A stretch of 64,000 bases of DNA, taken from assembly GCF_006345805.1 (NCBI RefSeq), contig NC_043005.1, forward strand, positions 103,292,001 through 103,356,000. The letters are read 5' to 3'. This DNA is from Octopus sinensis (lineage: Eukaryota). The notes under the pieces are model-generated. The model was not told where the DNA came from. It did no database searches and saw only the letters and a program-made list of their open reading frames with translations. Below, one piece after another: positions 50,761 to 64,000 of this stretch. The translations under genes and the position numbers were made by a program. Each line of letters begins with the position of its first letter. The stretch's first letter is position 1.

Positions 50761-51180
50761 CTGGATTCAGTATATATGTGTGTGTATATGTACATATATT
50801 CCAAGAGGTAACGAGTTTAAAGAAGTCTTGACTGTCTGCTTAAAATAAAGAATTCACAGAGCCATAGACGAACCAAAATGTATTTTTGCGAAAAAATTAT
50901 TTATATATTCATATATAAAGATCTAAATTATAATTTTGCTTGTTCGTTCGTTCACTCTCAACGCTTTAGTTTGTTGGAGAGTGATTTCGGATTGAGTGAG
51001 AAGTGGACTGAGAGTGAGAGAAAAGGCAGGAGAGGGAGAGAGAAAGGGAATTGAGTGTGAGAGTGAGAGAGGGAGAGGGGAGGAGGATTGAGATAGCAGA
51101 TAGCCTCTTCCACTAATTACGCTGTCACGTGGTTAGTGGAAGTGAGACAGAGAAAAGTTAACGAAGTCAAGAGGGAATCA

Positions 51181-51350
51181 CATGGGTAAGAAGCTTGTTG
51201 AAGTAAGAGGTAATGAAAGAGAGAGAGAGAGGAGAGGGGAAAAAGAAGAAGGGAAAGAGGGAGAGAGAGGGGGAGGGAGAAATAAGGAGAGAGATAGGGA
51301 GAGAGAGGGGGAGGGAGAGAGAGAGAGAAATATAAAGTATTTACAGGAGA
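51181..51350 (+). repeat. Polypurine (GA-rich) tract
   Basis: Almost only A and G for about 150 bp. Confidence 0.85.
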
Positions 51351-52229
51351 GAATTTTTAAAATCATTTAATATTTCATTGTGACTGGAAATGAAATATTT
51401 TAGGAAAACAAAAAGAAAGAATGTTTTTTTTTTATTTACTATGAAATTGAATCTAATCATGCAAAGAAAAACATTGTGTATATTCCCCATAACATTTTAT
51501 GTACATTATGTAATTATGATGAAATATTGCGTAATAAAAAATAAGCAGTTATATATCAATCTTTCAACTAAGTATTGTATAAATTGTTATTGGATTTTTT
51601 CTGTCATTTATTGCGCTGACAACAATATGATTTATAAATGCGCAAATCCTCCTTCTTTTCTTAAGTAGCTCCTCTTAATTATTTTCGTTCCGTGGCATAC
51701 ATAAATGGTTTAATTATCAAATTTAAAGACAAAACAATGCAAGTTATCAAAAATTGATTATGCAGATCTTTGGTTCATAATTTCATTTGATATTTCAATA
51801 TTTCTGTTTAGAGTCCGTGCTTCACAAAATCTTCGGAGAAAAGACGTTGTGAGCTGACTTCTCTTTCCGCTAACAGCGCCGCTTTCCGTAGATTTCCTGA
51901 AAAAGGTCTCAACGCTGAAATGATTAAATACCAAGTAAAACTACAAACCATCGACCAGCATTATCAATTGTTAATAATTTGCTTTATTTTGGTTGTAAAA
52001 ATATAATTGAAAGCATTTATTTGTATCTTCATGAAAACTATACCACCATAAGCATATATATACTTATAAATACGGGTATATGCATGTGTGGGAATTTAGA
52101 TGTATATGCAAGTGAAGATGGTCAAATGACGTAGTCGGATAGAATATATTGACTCTCCACCCTCTGAGTTTCACATCTCACCAAAGTCAGCTTTGCTTTG
52201 TTCGTCCTGGACTCGATAAGCAACATACC

Positions 52230-52460
52230 TATTTCTTTACTACCCACAAGAGGCCGAACACAGAGAGGATACACAAGGACAGACAAGCGGATTAAGTCGA
52301 TTATATCGACCCAAGTGCGTAACTGGTACTTATTTAATCGACCCCGAAAGGATGAAAGGCAAAGCCGACCTCGGTGGAATTTGAACTCAGAACGTAACGG
52401 CAGACGAAATACTGCTAGGCATTTCACCCAGCGTGCTAACGATTCTGCTAGCTCGCCGCC
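52230..52460 (-). mobile_element. SINE family A nested in an older, opposite-strand family A copy
   Basis: TSD tcgataagcaa(c/g)atacc at 52212-52229 and 52463-52480 splits a degenerate gataa...ataccag core. Confidence 0.85.
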
Positions 52461-53057
52461 TTTCGATAAGCAAGATACCAGTTGGATGGTAGACTTGAGG
52501 AATTTTTATAGTATCAGCCATGATGCATTCATATATTTGCATTCTGATAGCAACACTTGCAAGACACTGCTCCTAGAGTGTACTGACTCTACTGTTGTTT
52601 AGAGAGTGGAGATAAGGGCATTAGCGTGGAGAGCGGTGACATTTTTTTAAAAGACTTGTAGGTTTTGCATTATGTAAAAGAATGGCAGAGCATCAAGCAT
52701 GCATTAAATAGGGAAATTTCCCTGATGCAGTTCCATTGTCTCTAGAAATATATAAAGAAATCTTGAATATATAAACGGACTAAGCCTGAGGGATCCTATA
52801 GCTTTTACATGATCGAATTTTGTTGGATCTTCAAGCGGTGAAAATCCCGAGGATTTTTAGTAATACGACTACAGAGAAAAGTGAAGAAATGTCTTTTTAT
52901 CCTGCGGCTTTGATGAATTGAAAGGAAATACTTACTACTTTTGCCTAAGTACACTCAAATCCTATTTTGACAGTTCCATTGTTTGTAAGTGTGCCAAATC
53001 TGTCCATTGCTACAGGGGCATTTCGTTTAGTGAATGACATGGCGTAACTCCGTATCT

Positions 53058-53090
<33 letters not shown>

Positions 53091-53194
53091 GACAAACAGA
53101 CTCAGACATTCAAACACACCCGTATATACGCGTGCCTACACCTGCGCAAACAACCACACAGCTATCAGGTGGGAGGAAGGATGAGAGAGAGTTA

Positions 53195-53342
53195 GAATAT
53201 ATATATATGTATATATATATAATATATATATATAATATATATATATACATACATACATACATACATATATATATATATATGTGTGTATACATTATGTATA
53301 TATATATATGTATATATATATGCGTATATATATATATATATT

Positions 53343-53393
<51 letters not shown>

Positions 53394-53417
53394 CTATATA
53401 TATATATATATTATATA

Positions 53418-53479
<62 letters not shown>

Positions 53480-53521
53480 TATATATATATATTATATATA
53501 TATATAATATATATATATATA

Positions 53522-53563
<42 letters not shown>
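53195..53563. repeat. (TA)n-rich microsatellite field
   Basis: Long interrupted run. Confidence 0.9.
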
Positions 53564-53567
<4 letters not shown>

Positions 53568-53654
53568 TGCAAGGTGTAGGTGCAGATATAGAAATGGTTG
53601 CGAGACCGGCTTTGCCGTAGGCACAGACGTAGTGGCATGCCTGACTTGTAGGGG

Positions 53655-54095
53655 CAAATTTAACTGTGTGTTAAGAAGTTTGCTTCCCAGCCAAGTGATT
53701 TTGGGTCCAATTCCATTATGCGCCACCTTGGTGAAGAGACTTCTACTATATCCCCGGACTGACCAAAACCTTTTTGAGTGTATTTGGTAGACAGAAACTA
53801 AAAGAATCCCGTGTTATAGATATGTGTGTGTCAGTGCATGCGTGTGTTTGTGTCTATGTGTGTGTGTGAGTGAATGTGCGAGCGTGTGTGTGCGTGCGTG
53901 TGTGTGTTTGTCTTTATCTCCAAACACACCGCTTGACAAGTAGTGTTGGTCTGGTTACGTCCTCAGAACTTAGTAACAATGCACTAAGTACCAAGCTTAA
54001 AGGGAAAATAAGTACTTGTGCCGATTTATCCGACAAAATCTCTTCAAACTGGCACCACAGCATGGCCGCAGTCTAGTGATTTCAATAAGTAAAAG
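53655..54095 (+). mobile_element. SINE family B, degenerate
   Basis: caccttggtgaagagacttctactata, atttggtagacagaaact and cagcatggccgcagtc blocks with internal (TG)n. Confidence 0.75.
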
Positions 54096-54130
54096 TTCAA
54101 AGGTACTGCGTATGTATATTAAGGAAAATA

Positions 54131-54960
54131 CAGGGTCCAGTAAATAAACTGTCGTCTAAATTACGCAAAAGTTAAAATAACACTGACACCTTATTTTAAC
54201 AGATATATTTACCAAAATTACATTAAAATACCTTGAAATACGGAACAGTAAATTTATTCAGAAAATTGCCATGGGCTTCAACCATGGCCTCCAGACGACA
54301 TTGAAATCACCTGCAAATCTTCTGGACGGTTTCTTTCATTTAGATGGTGAATGCTGCCTTAATCCTTCCTTTTAGTTCATCTTTGGTGTTACAAGGAGTT
54401 TTGTTGGTCTCTCGCTCAACTGCGCCCCACACATAATAATCAAAGGAATTGCAATCTGAGGAGTTAGGTTGTCAGATGTTAGGGGTGATGTGTTTGCAGA
54501 AATTGTCTGACAGTCGTGACAGGATTCTCCTGATTGTGTGGCATGGCGCAGAGTCCTGTTTCCAGACAGATAGTCTTCCTGCAGCAACCCTCTTTACCCA
54601 CACCAGACACTTGATGTAGGCTTTGTGTTGTGTCTGAGGCCCTGTGGGAAGAGACATTGAGGCATAACGTTGCTATCACTAATGATCACTCCAAACACCA
54701 TGATGTTGACTGGATGTTTGACTTTTATCACTCTCTTAAATATAGAACTGTAATCTCTGTACACGGCCTCAGATTGCACTGTACTCAGATTGACACCCAG
54801 ACACTCTGAAATGTTCGTTCCTATCCGAATGCCAGGCAGTACAGCATGTCGTTTCCAAATTTCTGGCAGAGTGAGTTGCATCATAATGCTGTTTTTCTTA
54901 CAGACGGTGCCCAACTGACCCTACTGTACTGTGTAGTCGACAACATCAGAAACAAACAAT
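54131..54960 (-). mobile_element. maT/Bmmar1-like (DD37D-type) transposon remnant
   Basis: KHPVNIMVFGVIISD, WVKRVAAGRLSVWKQDSAPCHT and SDNFCKHITPNI across frameshifts; terminus ta|cagggtcc at 54129-54138. Confidence 0.85.
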
Positions 54961-55212
54961 GCACATGCGCTAAATTAAAAATATAAAATGGCATACCCTT
55001 TATATAATTCTTTAACCGACAATTTCTCTTATAGCAGTGTAGACGTAATATTCCATTTTTTTTCTGTAAAATAAATGTATTTCTTGTAAAATTATTTAGA
55101 AGTTTAGCACAAATCTCTCAGCTTATCAGATTTTGGGATAGTATAATAAAATACCAGGTATGAAACAAAGAAAATAAATATACATCATGAAAAGCATGAC
55201 TTGTGATCTCTC

Positions 55213-55612
55213 TTTCCTCTTTTACATGTTTCAGTCATCTGACTGCGGACATGCTGGAGCACCGCCTTTAGTCGAGCAAATCGGTCCCAGAGCTTATTCT
55301 TTGTAAGCCTAGTACTTATTCTATCGGCCTCTTTAGCCGAACCGCTAAGTGAAGCTTACACACGCCAGCATTGGTTGTCAAGCAATGTTGGGGGGACAAG
55401 CGCAGACACACAAACATATACACACACATACATATATATACATATATACGACGGGCTTCTTTCAGTTTCCGTCTACCAAATCCACTCACAAGGCTTTGGT
55501 CGGACCGAGGCTATAGTAGAAGACACTTGTCCAAGGTCACACCCAGTGGGAATGAACACGGAACCATGTGGTTGATAAGCAAACTACTTACCACACAGCC
55601 AATCCTGCGCCT
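55213..55612 (-). mobile_element. SINE family B
   Basis: Colinear with 3820-4244. Confidence 0.9.
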
Positions 55613-55966
55613 GTGATACTACCAATGATATAGAAAAATGGAAGCCAAATTGATTTTGATAAGATTGTGTAGAAAGAAATAACAAACTAAAGAGTTGATT
55701 GAACCTATTATATATAGAGAGAGATTTCAAGAATTGAAATAGAAAATGGAGTACTTGATCCTCTGCCTGTATATGCATGAGAGACAGTTTATTAAGGTTG
55801 TGGCATCCTATTGCATTTCATTGCCTGGAAGACTTTAGGAAATATAATTGTATCCTACCTTAAACAATATATCTGCGTGTTCTGTATATGAATTATATAA
55901 ATATATGTAATTACTTACGTATAAATATACATATATATATATGTAATTACTTACGTATGCATATAC

Positions 55967-56047
<81 letters not shown>

Positions 56048-56247
56048 TTGTTTGTATGTATGTATGCATACATTTATTCACATGCACATGTATATGCATA
56101 GATGGATGGGTAGTTGGATGGTGGTACTATATATTGCACTTTTAAATACATGTATGTGTATATGCATATATATATATATATATATAGATATACATATATA
56201 TATAGAGAGAGAGATATATACACACATATATATATATACACACACAC

Positions 56248-56310
<63 letters not shown>

Positions 56311-56345
56311 CGTGTGTGTATATATATATATATACATATATACAG

Positions 56346-56377
<32 letters not shown>

Positions 56378-57039
56378 ATATATATGCATGTATGAATATA
56401 TATGTATATTTCATGGCCATGCATGCATATTAATGATAATAATGATGATGAGGTGCGTATGTATATACATATATATATTAAAACACACACACACATATGT
56501 ATATAAACACACACATATATATATTTAAACACACTTACGTACACATACAAGAACTATATACGTTTACTATCGGGTACGATATTATTCTAGCAGTAATTGT
56601 GTATTTAGGGATTCAGTTGCATAAACAATTTAAGTATTGTATATATTATCAGTGGCGTACATATGATAAGTGGTGTGTATATGATAAGCAAGTTCTGCGT
56701 CTACATCAATAGAGAAAGATACATATCATAATATGCTTGCAAGAAATGGCGCCTGATAGTTTATTCAATGTCACGTAGCTGCACTGCTGTTTGCGTGCAA
56801 ATATATGAATATGTAATGCGGCGGAAGTAAGCACATATGTGTGCACATGTGTACCGTGTACTTTTGGGATCGGCTGTTTTTGCATTATAATTAATATGTA
56901 TGTATGCCCATGAAATATACATACATGTATATATATATATGCCTTTATGTATTATTATATATGTATGTATTTTGTATGTATGTATATATGTATGTATATT
57001 TATATATACGTACAGCGAAATAGAGACAGATGCACAGAT

Positions 57040-57119
57040 AGATAGACAGACAGACAGACAGATAGATAGATAGATAGATAGATAAATAGATAGAAAGATA
57101 AATAGATAGGTAGACAGAC

Positions 57120-57160
<41 letters not shown>

Positions 57161-57190
57161 TATAGATAGATAGATAGATAGATAGATAGG

Positions 57191-57270
<80 letters not shown>
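57040..57270. repeat. (GATA)n microsatellite
   Basis: Long tetranucleotide run. Confidence 0.95.
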
Positions 57271-57271
<1 letters not shown>

Positions 57272-57920
57272 TCCATGAACAAAGAACAGATGAACAGATT
57301 CGAAAGAAAGTAAGAAATACTTGAAGAAGCGATTTTTTAAATATTTTATTTTATTTGAAATTAGTTTCCACTGTTACAGAATGAATAAATGTATAGAAGC
57401 ACATATTCATGCGGCCTAGATTTTATGCGACAAATTACGAAAATATGCGATGCGTGATGCCATGTTTTAGTATCCTTCACAAACAGGGGTTAAATGTTCA
57501 ATCCGATTGCCAAGTATTTTGGGTAAATGTCTTTAACCAATGACTTTAGCACAAGCTAAGTTAATCAGACGGCAACTGTGCGCATGCTCGTCAGATTGAT
57601 ACAACCGTTCTTCAAACGTCTATCCTGGTCACACACCTTGCTACATTTGTGGTGACGGAACATTACGTCAAAGGTATTTGAGATCGAAGAATACTCACCC
57701 ACTCACAGTACGGCTGTGCTAACTCTGATGAATTTTTTATGTCTCCCTTATTCAGAAGCATCTTGGTTTATTGGTAAATAGTCAACGGCGTTGGAGAATA
57801 TGAAGTTTTCAGTTGTAGTTAAGAAATAGGAAGCTGGCATGGAGGACTGGAAGCAATCTGAATAGCAGGAAAGAGTTGCCAGTATCCTGATGATTCACAC
57901 CATGTATTAAAATTATGAAA

Positions 57921-58154
57921 GGCGGCGAGCCGGCAGAAACGTTAGCACGCCTGGTGATATGCTCAGCGGTATTTCTCCCGTCTCTACGTTCTGAGTTCAA
58001 ATTCCGCCGAGGTCGACTTTGCCTTTCATCCTTTCGGGGTCGATTAAATAAGTACCAGTTACGTACTGGGGTCGATATATAATCGACTTAATCCGTGTGT
58101 CCGTCCTTGTTTGTCCCCTCTGTGTTTAGCCCCTTGTGGGTAGTAAAGAAATAG
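57921..58154 (+). mobile_element. SINE family A with 15-bp TSD
   Basis: gtattaaaattatga at 57904-57918 and 58155-58169. Confidence 0.95.
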
Positions 58155-58352
58155 GTATTAAAATTATGATTGCTGCTGCTCAATGCCCTGTGAACACTGC
58201 GAAGGCTGTAAAGCGTGGCATGGAGAGCTGCAAACCATATCCAACTGTAAAGGACATAGCAGATGATCTGATTGCGTCCGCATGCCGATATTCATCCTCA
58301 CATCCATGAACAGAGACCCAGGCTTATTTCAGTTTCCTATGTGATGTTGCTG

Positions 58353-58409
58353 GAAATTGTGATCAATCCCTAGATGTGATCAATCCCTGAGAAATTGTGA
58401 TCAATCCCT
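58353..58409. repeat. Triple tandem of tgtgatcaatccct
   Basis: Three units of 17-21 bp. Confidence 0.9.
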
Positions 58410-58499
58410 GGGTTGCTGCTGGATGGCCACATGTAGAGCAACAGGTTTCGACACTTTGTCATTCCTCAGGAAAGTGACAGAAATAGTTGTCGGAAAATC

Positions 58500-58780
58500 T
58501 CTAAGACTTCTTCAGCCCCAATAGCCTCCTACTTACCCCGATTCTAATCCAATAAATTACTATGTGTCGTGCGTGGTTTAGATAGGCACCAGTCGCTGTC
58601 CCTGCAACACCAAGGCCGAGCTGGTGGCTAAGATCATGGAGATGTTGGAAGATCTTCTCAGGAACATAGTGAGGTAAGCATGTGCCAGATTCCGGAACCA
58701 TCTTGATGCCGTGGTGGAAATTGAGGGTGGCTACTTTGGATAAACTGTTATCTCCCAGTCATAATCTAGTTGATATTTCT
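58500..58780 (-). pseudogene. Gypsy/Ty3 integrase zinc-binding region remnant
   Basis: YVPEKIFQHLHDLSHQLG resembles the VP...IF..LH.LSHPG motif. Confidence 0.55.
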
Positions 58781-59254
58781 TTGATATCTTTTTAAATACT
58801 TTCATTTTTTGGATGGATTATCGTTGTTTTGTTTTCCCTTTTATGTAAGCATATCTCGAATACCCTGTAGGTGTAATGTACTTTGTAACTAGTGAAGTTG
58901 GTGGAACGATTGAATACTCTTCGTCGACACTGACTGATATCTATTTCGTTTTACATACACAGATATGCACACACACACACACACGCACGCTCACACGTTC
59001 GCACGTACATACACGCACTCACGCACCCTCGTGAGCGAATTCACATTTTTCATGCATTTTCTTATATTCCTCTCACCAAGTCCTGATATAGAATTATATC
59101 CTAGAATATTCCTTCTCTAATACTGACCAGGCGAGGCAGTATGGAGGGTGACTGTCGATCATGCAGCCTCGTTTTTATTATAGTCTGTCAAAACTGTCAT
59201 TGTTCAAGGTGTGGATCGATGTCAGTACACTCAAGTATTTGACATATTGGTTTG

Positions 59255-59462
59255 AGATTTTGGCACAAGGCCAGCAATTTGGAGTTGGTGAGATTTTAAG
59301 TCGATTACATCGACCACAGAGATAAACTGGTACTTATGTTATTGACGCCCGAAAGAATGGAAAGCAAAGTCGACCTTGGCGGAATTTGAACTTGGAACAT
59401 GAATGCAGATGAAATAGAGCAAAGCATTTTGCGCGACAGAGAAACGAGTCTGCCAGCTCGCA
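59255..59462 (-). mobile_element. SINE family A, alternative tail, diverged
   Basis: ttttggcacaaggccagcaattt tail plus core. Confidence 0.75.
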
Positions 59463-59949
59463 AACTTAATTATTTGAAATACTGTTGCTGAAATCGTTAG
59501 ACTGATGTTGGTAGCAATAACAGGAATTTCAACCGTGTTTCGTGGTCTGCTAATACAACAGCTCCTTTATAGGATCCAGTTAGCTCAAGACATCATCAGG
59601 AGGAACCACGTCCGGTTTCGGCCCCTACTCCTCTACCGTTTTGATGTGGCGCCCCCCCCCCACTTTCGGAGGTGTCTTCAGCTCTGGTGTTGGGTGCATG
59701 TCTTCTTTCTTCTTCTTCTTTCTTCTGTTCCCTGGCCTCTCGATGTATCGTCAGCGAGTATCAGCCGGTGACTGACTGTCTTGTCAAATTGTTTCCTTTT
59801 AAATACCTGCTGCTAGACGCCAGCAAGCAGCCCCTGTCTCAACTTTGTCACGTGACCCTGTCTCAACTTTAATTGACCAATGAATGTACGTAGTCTTAGC
59901 CCATGCATTCTCTAAACGATACCATCATCTGTCAATCAGCGAAGCTGAT

Positions 59950-60470
59950 TCAGTGTCAGCTTGTCTCACCTAGTGATAACCGCCAGCATGTTATGACTTT
60001 CAAGCCATTTTCGGTCTTCCCGCTTCAGCCATATATAAAAGCTAGCTTTTTCGACCGCCTCCTGTACTCTCCTTATTAGTTTTCCCAGCTCCGAGCTAGA
60101 AAAAACAGATCTTCTGTTGAATAGCGTTATTTTACTTTCAATGAAGCCCCTAGCCCCACACTGCCAGGTGGTAATACCCGACATTCCATCCCTGTTCTCT
60201 GCACTCTTCGATTAGTTTTTCGTACCTCTTCTCTTTTCGTTTCTCTGCATTGATGTTAATGAAGGACCCATGTACTTGTGGGTGATTTGTGTATTGAATC
60301 TCTAGTTTTATATTTTTTAATTTTGAAACACAATCCAGCACTAACAGCGTGATGATCCGGAACGACGACAAACTCTGGTTTCTTCTGACTAATTGTACAA
60401 AACAGAGTTGAATTATTAACCAACAGACCATCCAGCAAGTTTACAGTGTGACATATTGCTTTCATACCCA
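59950..60470 (-). pseudogene. Restriction-like endonuclease C-terminus of a HERO/NeSL-type non-LTR retrotransposon
   Basis: KKPEFVVV, AEKRKEKRYEKLIEECREQGW, GARGF and VQEAVEKASFYIWLKR match the PD..E..K-type tail of these clades. Confidence 0.7.
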
Positions 60471-61000
60471 CCTTATATTACCTTTCTTTACCGTGCATAA
60501 ATATGCTTCAAATGCGTTTGTCATTGATACATTGTAGCAACTGAGGCAGAAAAAAACTCAACTAACCTCCCAACCTCTTTCACAGTATTTTATCGATTAC
60601 GTCATGCCTATTAGAGTGTTACCATATACTTATCCTGACATAATAAATATTCTGCTCTAGTGTAATCAATATTTTGATCATGAGGTAAACAGCGGAATAA
60701 CAACCGATGAAACCTCAACGTTTTGGTTCGCCGTGCTATAAATACCATTTAAACTACACTGTAAATGCAACTGAGTCATCAAAAGAAAATGACACCTTGA
60801 ACATTGTAGTCTTGGATATAAAATAGACTTGGATGATCATGGCATTTACGATCTTTATCATGTCTTCTTGATAAGGGATAATCTGGGGCCGAACAAAACC
60901 CAAAGTGGGACATACTGAAACAGAGTAAACGGGTTCCTTGCTTAGGACTGATTTGGAGCTTAACGATAAAGAAAATCAACCAATATATTATCAACTCTAG

Positions 61001-61230
61001 GGTGGCGACCTGGCAGAAACGCTAGCACGCCGGGTGAAATGCGTAGACGTATTTCGTCTGTCGTTACGTTCCGAGTTCAAATTCCGCCGAGGTCGATTTT
61101 GCCTTTCATCTTTTCGGGGTCGATAAATTAAGTACCAGTTACGCACTGGGGTCGATGTAATCGACTTAATCCGTTTGTCTGTCCTTGTTTGTCCCATCTG
61201 TGTTTAGCCCCTTGTGGGTAGTAAAGAAAT
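61001..61230 (+). mobile_element. SINE family A with 14-bp TSD
   Basis: aatatattatcaac at 60982-60995 and 61232-61245. Confidence 0.95.
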
Positions 61231-61467
61231 AAATATATTATCAACCCAATAGAATTTAGGGGAAGTGATATTAGAATTTGTGACATTCAGTTATCTGGCT
61301 AAACTGTCCTCTTATGGTCAGCTTTCACTTGTAGTCTCTACGATTTGAAACGTCGCAATATAGCAGTGGGCAAAAATGGTGCACACTTTGAATGACACTG
61401 TCATCTCTGGCATAACCGAAGGTTGTGTTAAGTCATACACACACATGTACATACACGCACGCACACG

Positions 61468-61533
<66 letters not shown>

Positions 61534-62115
61534 AGAGGTTCACGGATGCATATTGACGAATCGCCAGTCATAACTTGATCCAATGCAGATTATACAAATC
61601 TTCACTCTAAATCAAGTCTTCAAATATGTCTCCTCGATATGCCGCATTAACGTCTCGTCAGGAAGTTCATGTATGGAATTATGAGAGTGTGTGCAGCATA
61701 AAAGAATATTGAGTCAAAACATCTCCATAAAAACTTTGTTCAAAGGGGGTCTTACCTGTGCTCGCTTCAATAATGCGATCTGACATGAAATTTTAAATTT
61801 CAGAGACAAGATACAGACATACCACACAGCCATCAGTTTAACTAGAAGAATGAGTGTAATGACCTCTTACTTAGCGAACCCGGCAATTCAGGGGAGCTGA
61901 TTAAGCCATGTAGGTTTTGAGCTTAATCTAAGGAAAGTCTGGATAATGTACATTTAGGATTAAATTGTTCCAATCGTGACCACTGTTCTCTCTTTACTTT
62001 CTCAAGAAACAACAGTCAAACATATTTTCTTCAATGGCGATTTGATAATATTGTCTCCTTCAATAGCGCCCCAGTCACAATCACTGCACCTATTAAGGAA
62101 ACAAAATGGTAACCA

Positions 62116-62299
62116 TTAACAGTTTTGAACAATATACTATTAAACAATATACTATTATTGAACAATATACTATTAAACAATATACTATTATTGAACAATA
62201 TACTATTAAACAATATACTATTATTGAACAATATACTATTAAACAATATACTATTATTGAACAATATACTATTAAACAGTTTTGAACAATATACTATTA
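62116..62299. repeat. 33-bp higher-order minisatellite
   Basis: Unit ttgaacaatatactattaaacaatatactatta repeated four times plus partial units. Confidence 0.95.
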
Positions 62300-62329
62300 A
62301 AAATCTTTAATCATACTATCAAATCACGG

Positions 62330-62582
62330 GATCACCTAACCGACCAGGCTAGTAGATGCTGTTACACATCGCTGATCACAATGCGTTTTTGCATTGTTTT
62401 AGCCTTCAAATGACGTCACCCCGCTAGGCGAGCAAGCCAACATCCTCCCCTGATCGAAAGTAGACTTGAGCAATGTGAAATGAAGTGGTTTGCTCAAGAA
62501 CACAACGGGTTTAATCATGGAGTCGAACCCACGATCTACCGATCGTGAGTGCCACATCGTAACCACTAGGCCACGCGCCTTC
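62330..62582 (-). mobile_element. Chimeric SINE: family D head/body with family C tail
   Basis: gtgaaatgaagtggtttgctcaagaacacaac (D) is joined to ccgaccaggct...gccttcaaatgacgtcaccccgct (C). Confidence 0.7.
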
Positions 62583-63529
62583 ATCACATTATCAAATACT
62601 ATGTCCAAATTACTTAGTGCCACTGGGAGATCAGCACTCCGAAATTCATTTGCTGTCTACGGTTATCCTTGGCAGACATTAACGCGGTGATATTCAAACT
62701 CAGATTCAACAATGTCTCTCTCGTCAGTCTTCTAATGGCTACGAAGTTCAGGTGTGATTAAAATATTAAAAATAAAACAACTATTAAAAAATTAAGGGTT
62801 TAGTGTAACAACAATATCTGCAACATGGAATAGAAACAGCGTTGCTGTCTCGGTTGGTTGGAAACACAGCGACTTCTCTCTGGCGCTGAGTAAATTGCTT
62901 ATCAATGACGGAAACCTTTTTGTCATGCAAGCGGCCATTCATTGTGTGCAAGATTGGAAGGAACGTTATCAGCTTGTATAGATACTGTACAGCATGAAAC
63001 AGTGACAAGATATAAAGTAGATTCTGTCATGAGTTTTACATCTATTACCGTCTCAGATGATCTGATCTCTATGATGTAAAACCACAAATCGATTACAATA
63101 ACGTCTCCCACTCCCCGTCTTTCCGACTCAAGTATTACTCACATATTTAACAACTATATCTATCAATCACACTCCTCTACTCACTATATCCCTTTCTCTC
63201 TCACTCTCTTTCTCTTTCTCACTGTGTGTGCGCTGTATGCGTGTATATATTTATACATACATATATGCATATATATATATATATATATATGCATGTAATA
63301 CATACATATGTATATGTATGTACGTTTGAGCATACGTGCGTCTGATTATCGGTACATGCAACTGTCAAGCCTTCAATTTTTCTATTAGGGGCTTTGTAAA
63401 TTACCAATGTCTATATGCAGTATGTATATATACATGTGTGTCTGTTTATGTATATACATATACGCATTTATATACATATACGTATTTATATATAGAACGG
63501 CATATAAATAGAGAGACAGATATAGTAGA

Positions 63530-63657
63530 TAGATTGATAGATAGATAAATAAATAAATAGATAGATACATACATACATACATACATACATGCATATATAC
63601 ATAGGTAGGTAGATAGATAGACAGATAGATAGATTGATTGATAGGTAGGTAGATAGG

Positions 63658-63748
<91 letters not shown>
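63530..63748. repeat. (GATA)n/(TACA)n microsatellite field
   Basis: Tetranucleotide runs. Confidence 0.95.
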
Positions 63749-63749
<1 letters not shown>

Positions 63750-63894
63750 AAATTTGAAGTATTAACATCATTGTAGTAATCATTATGGTTAGCACTTCAT
63801 TTCTACCTCCACCTCTTTTATTTCTCAGCTTCTCCCTTCTCAATCTCTGTAATTTTCTATATATGTATATGCATGCATATATACACAGAGCAGT

Positions 63895-63896
63895 TA

Positions 63897-63971
<75 letters not shown>

Positions 63972-64000
63972 GTATATATGTATATGTATATGTATATATA
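63895..64000. repeat. (TA)n microsatellite running to the window end
   Basis: Dinucleotide run. Confidence 0.95.

Noticed and set aside
57570-57700. Cluster of promoter-like motifs (gcgcatgc, ttacgtca) and a gtgagt donor on the minus strand
   Set aside because: Short motifs only, with no supporting gene model.
58353-58409. Short repeats that could be taken for a CRISPR array, also 62116-62299
   Set aside because: No unique spacers, eukaryotic context and no cas genes.
58435-58480. Minus-strand CTGAGGA-atgacaaagtgtc-GAAACCTGTT
   Set aside because: Stem I forms only one pair and two unpaired bases precede stem II; probably chance.
62800-63110. High-complexity segment with several partly open frames
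   Set aside because: No recognisable domain or consistent splice sites; it could be UTR or decayed TE.

Overview
AT-rich, repeat-dense eukaryotic DNA with no intact host gene that I can support. Most ORFs in the supplied track are translated microsatellites or SINE pieces. The SINE families and the very high microsatellite density suggest a cephalopod, probably Octopus (inference from recall, not a search result). The window holds about 30 tRNA-derived SINE copies, several with target-site duplications (TSDs) and some inserted as dimers or trimers. It also holds decayed LINEs (Tx1/L1, R4/Dong, HERO/NeSL-like), a Gypsy integrase remnant, several Tc1/mariner remnants, two non-autonomous Helitrons and a MITE with an 8-bp TSD that carries TTAGGG repeats. 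The most interesting signal is a set of minimal type I hammerhead ribozyme (HHR) folds read directly from the sequence: 8681-8766 (+), 15835-15898 (+), 16457-16557 (-), and a tandem pair at 39435-39478 and 39791-39834 (+). The tandem pair lies 356 nt apart, has a compensated U3-A8 core instead of C3-G8, and its first copy sits in the loop of a 210-bp inverted repeat. A second, unrelated family shows the same ribozyme-inside-a-long-hairpin layout at 15700-16034 and 16296-16891. This fits non-autonomous Penelope-like/retrozyme elements that could release small self-cleaved, possibly circular, RNAs. Ribozyme activity and expression are untested inferences.
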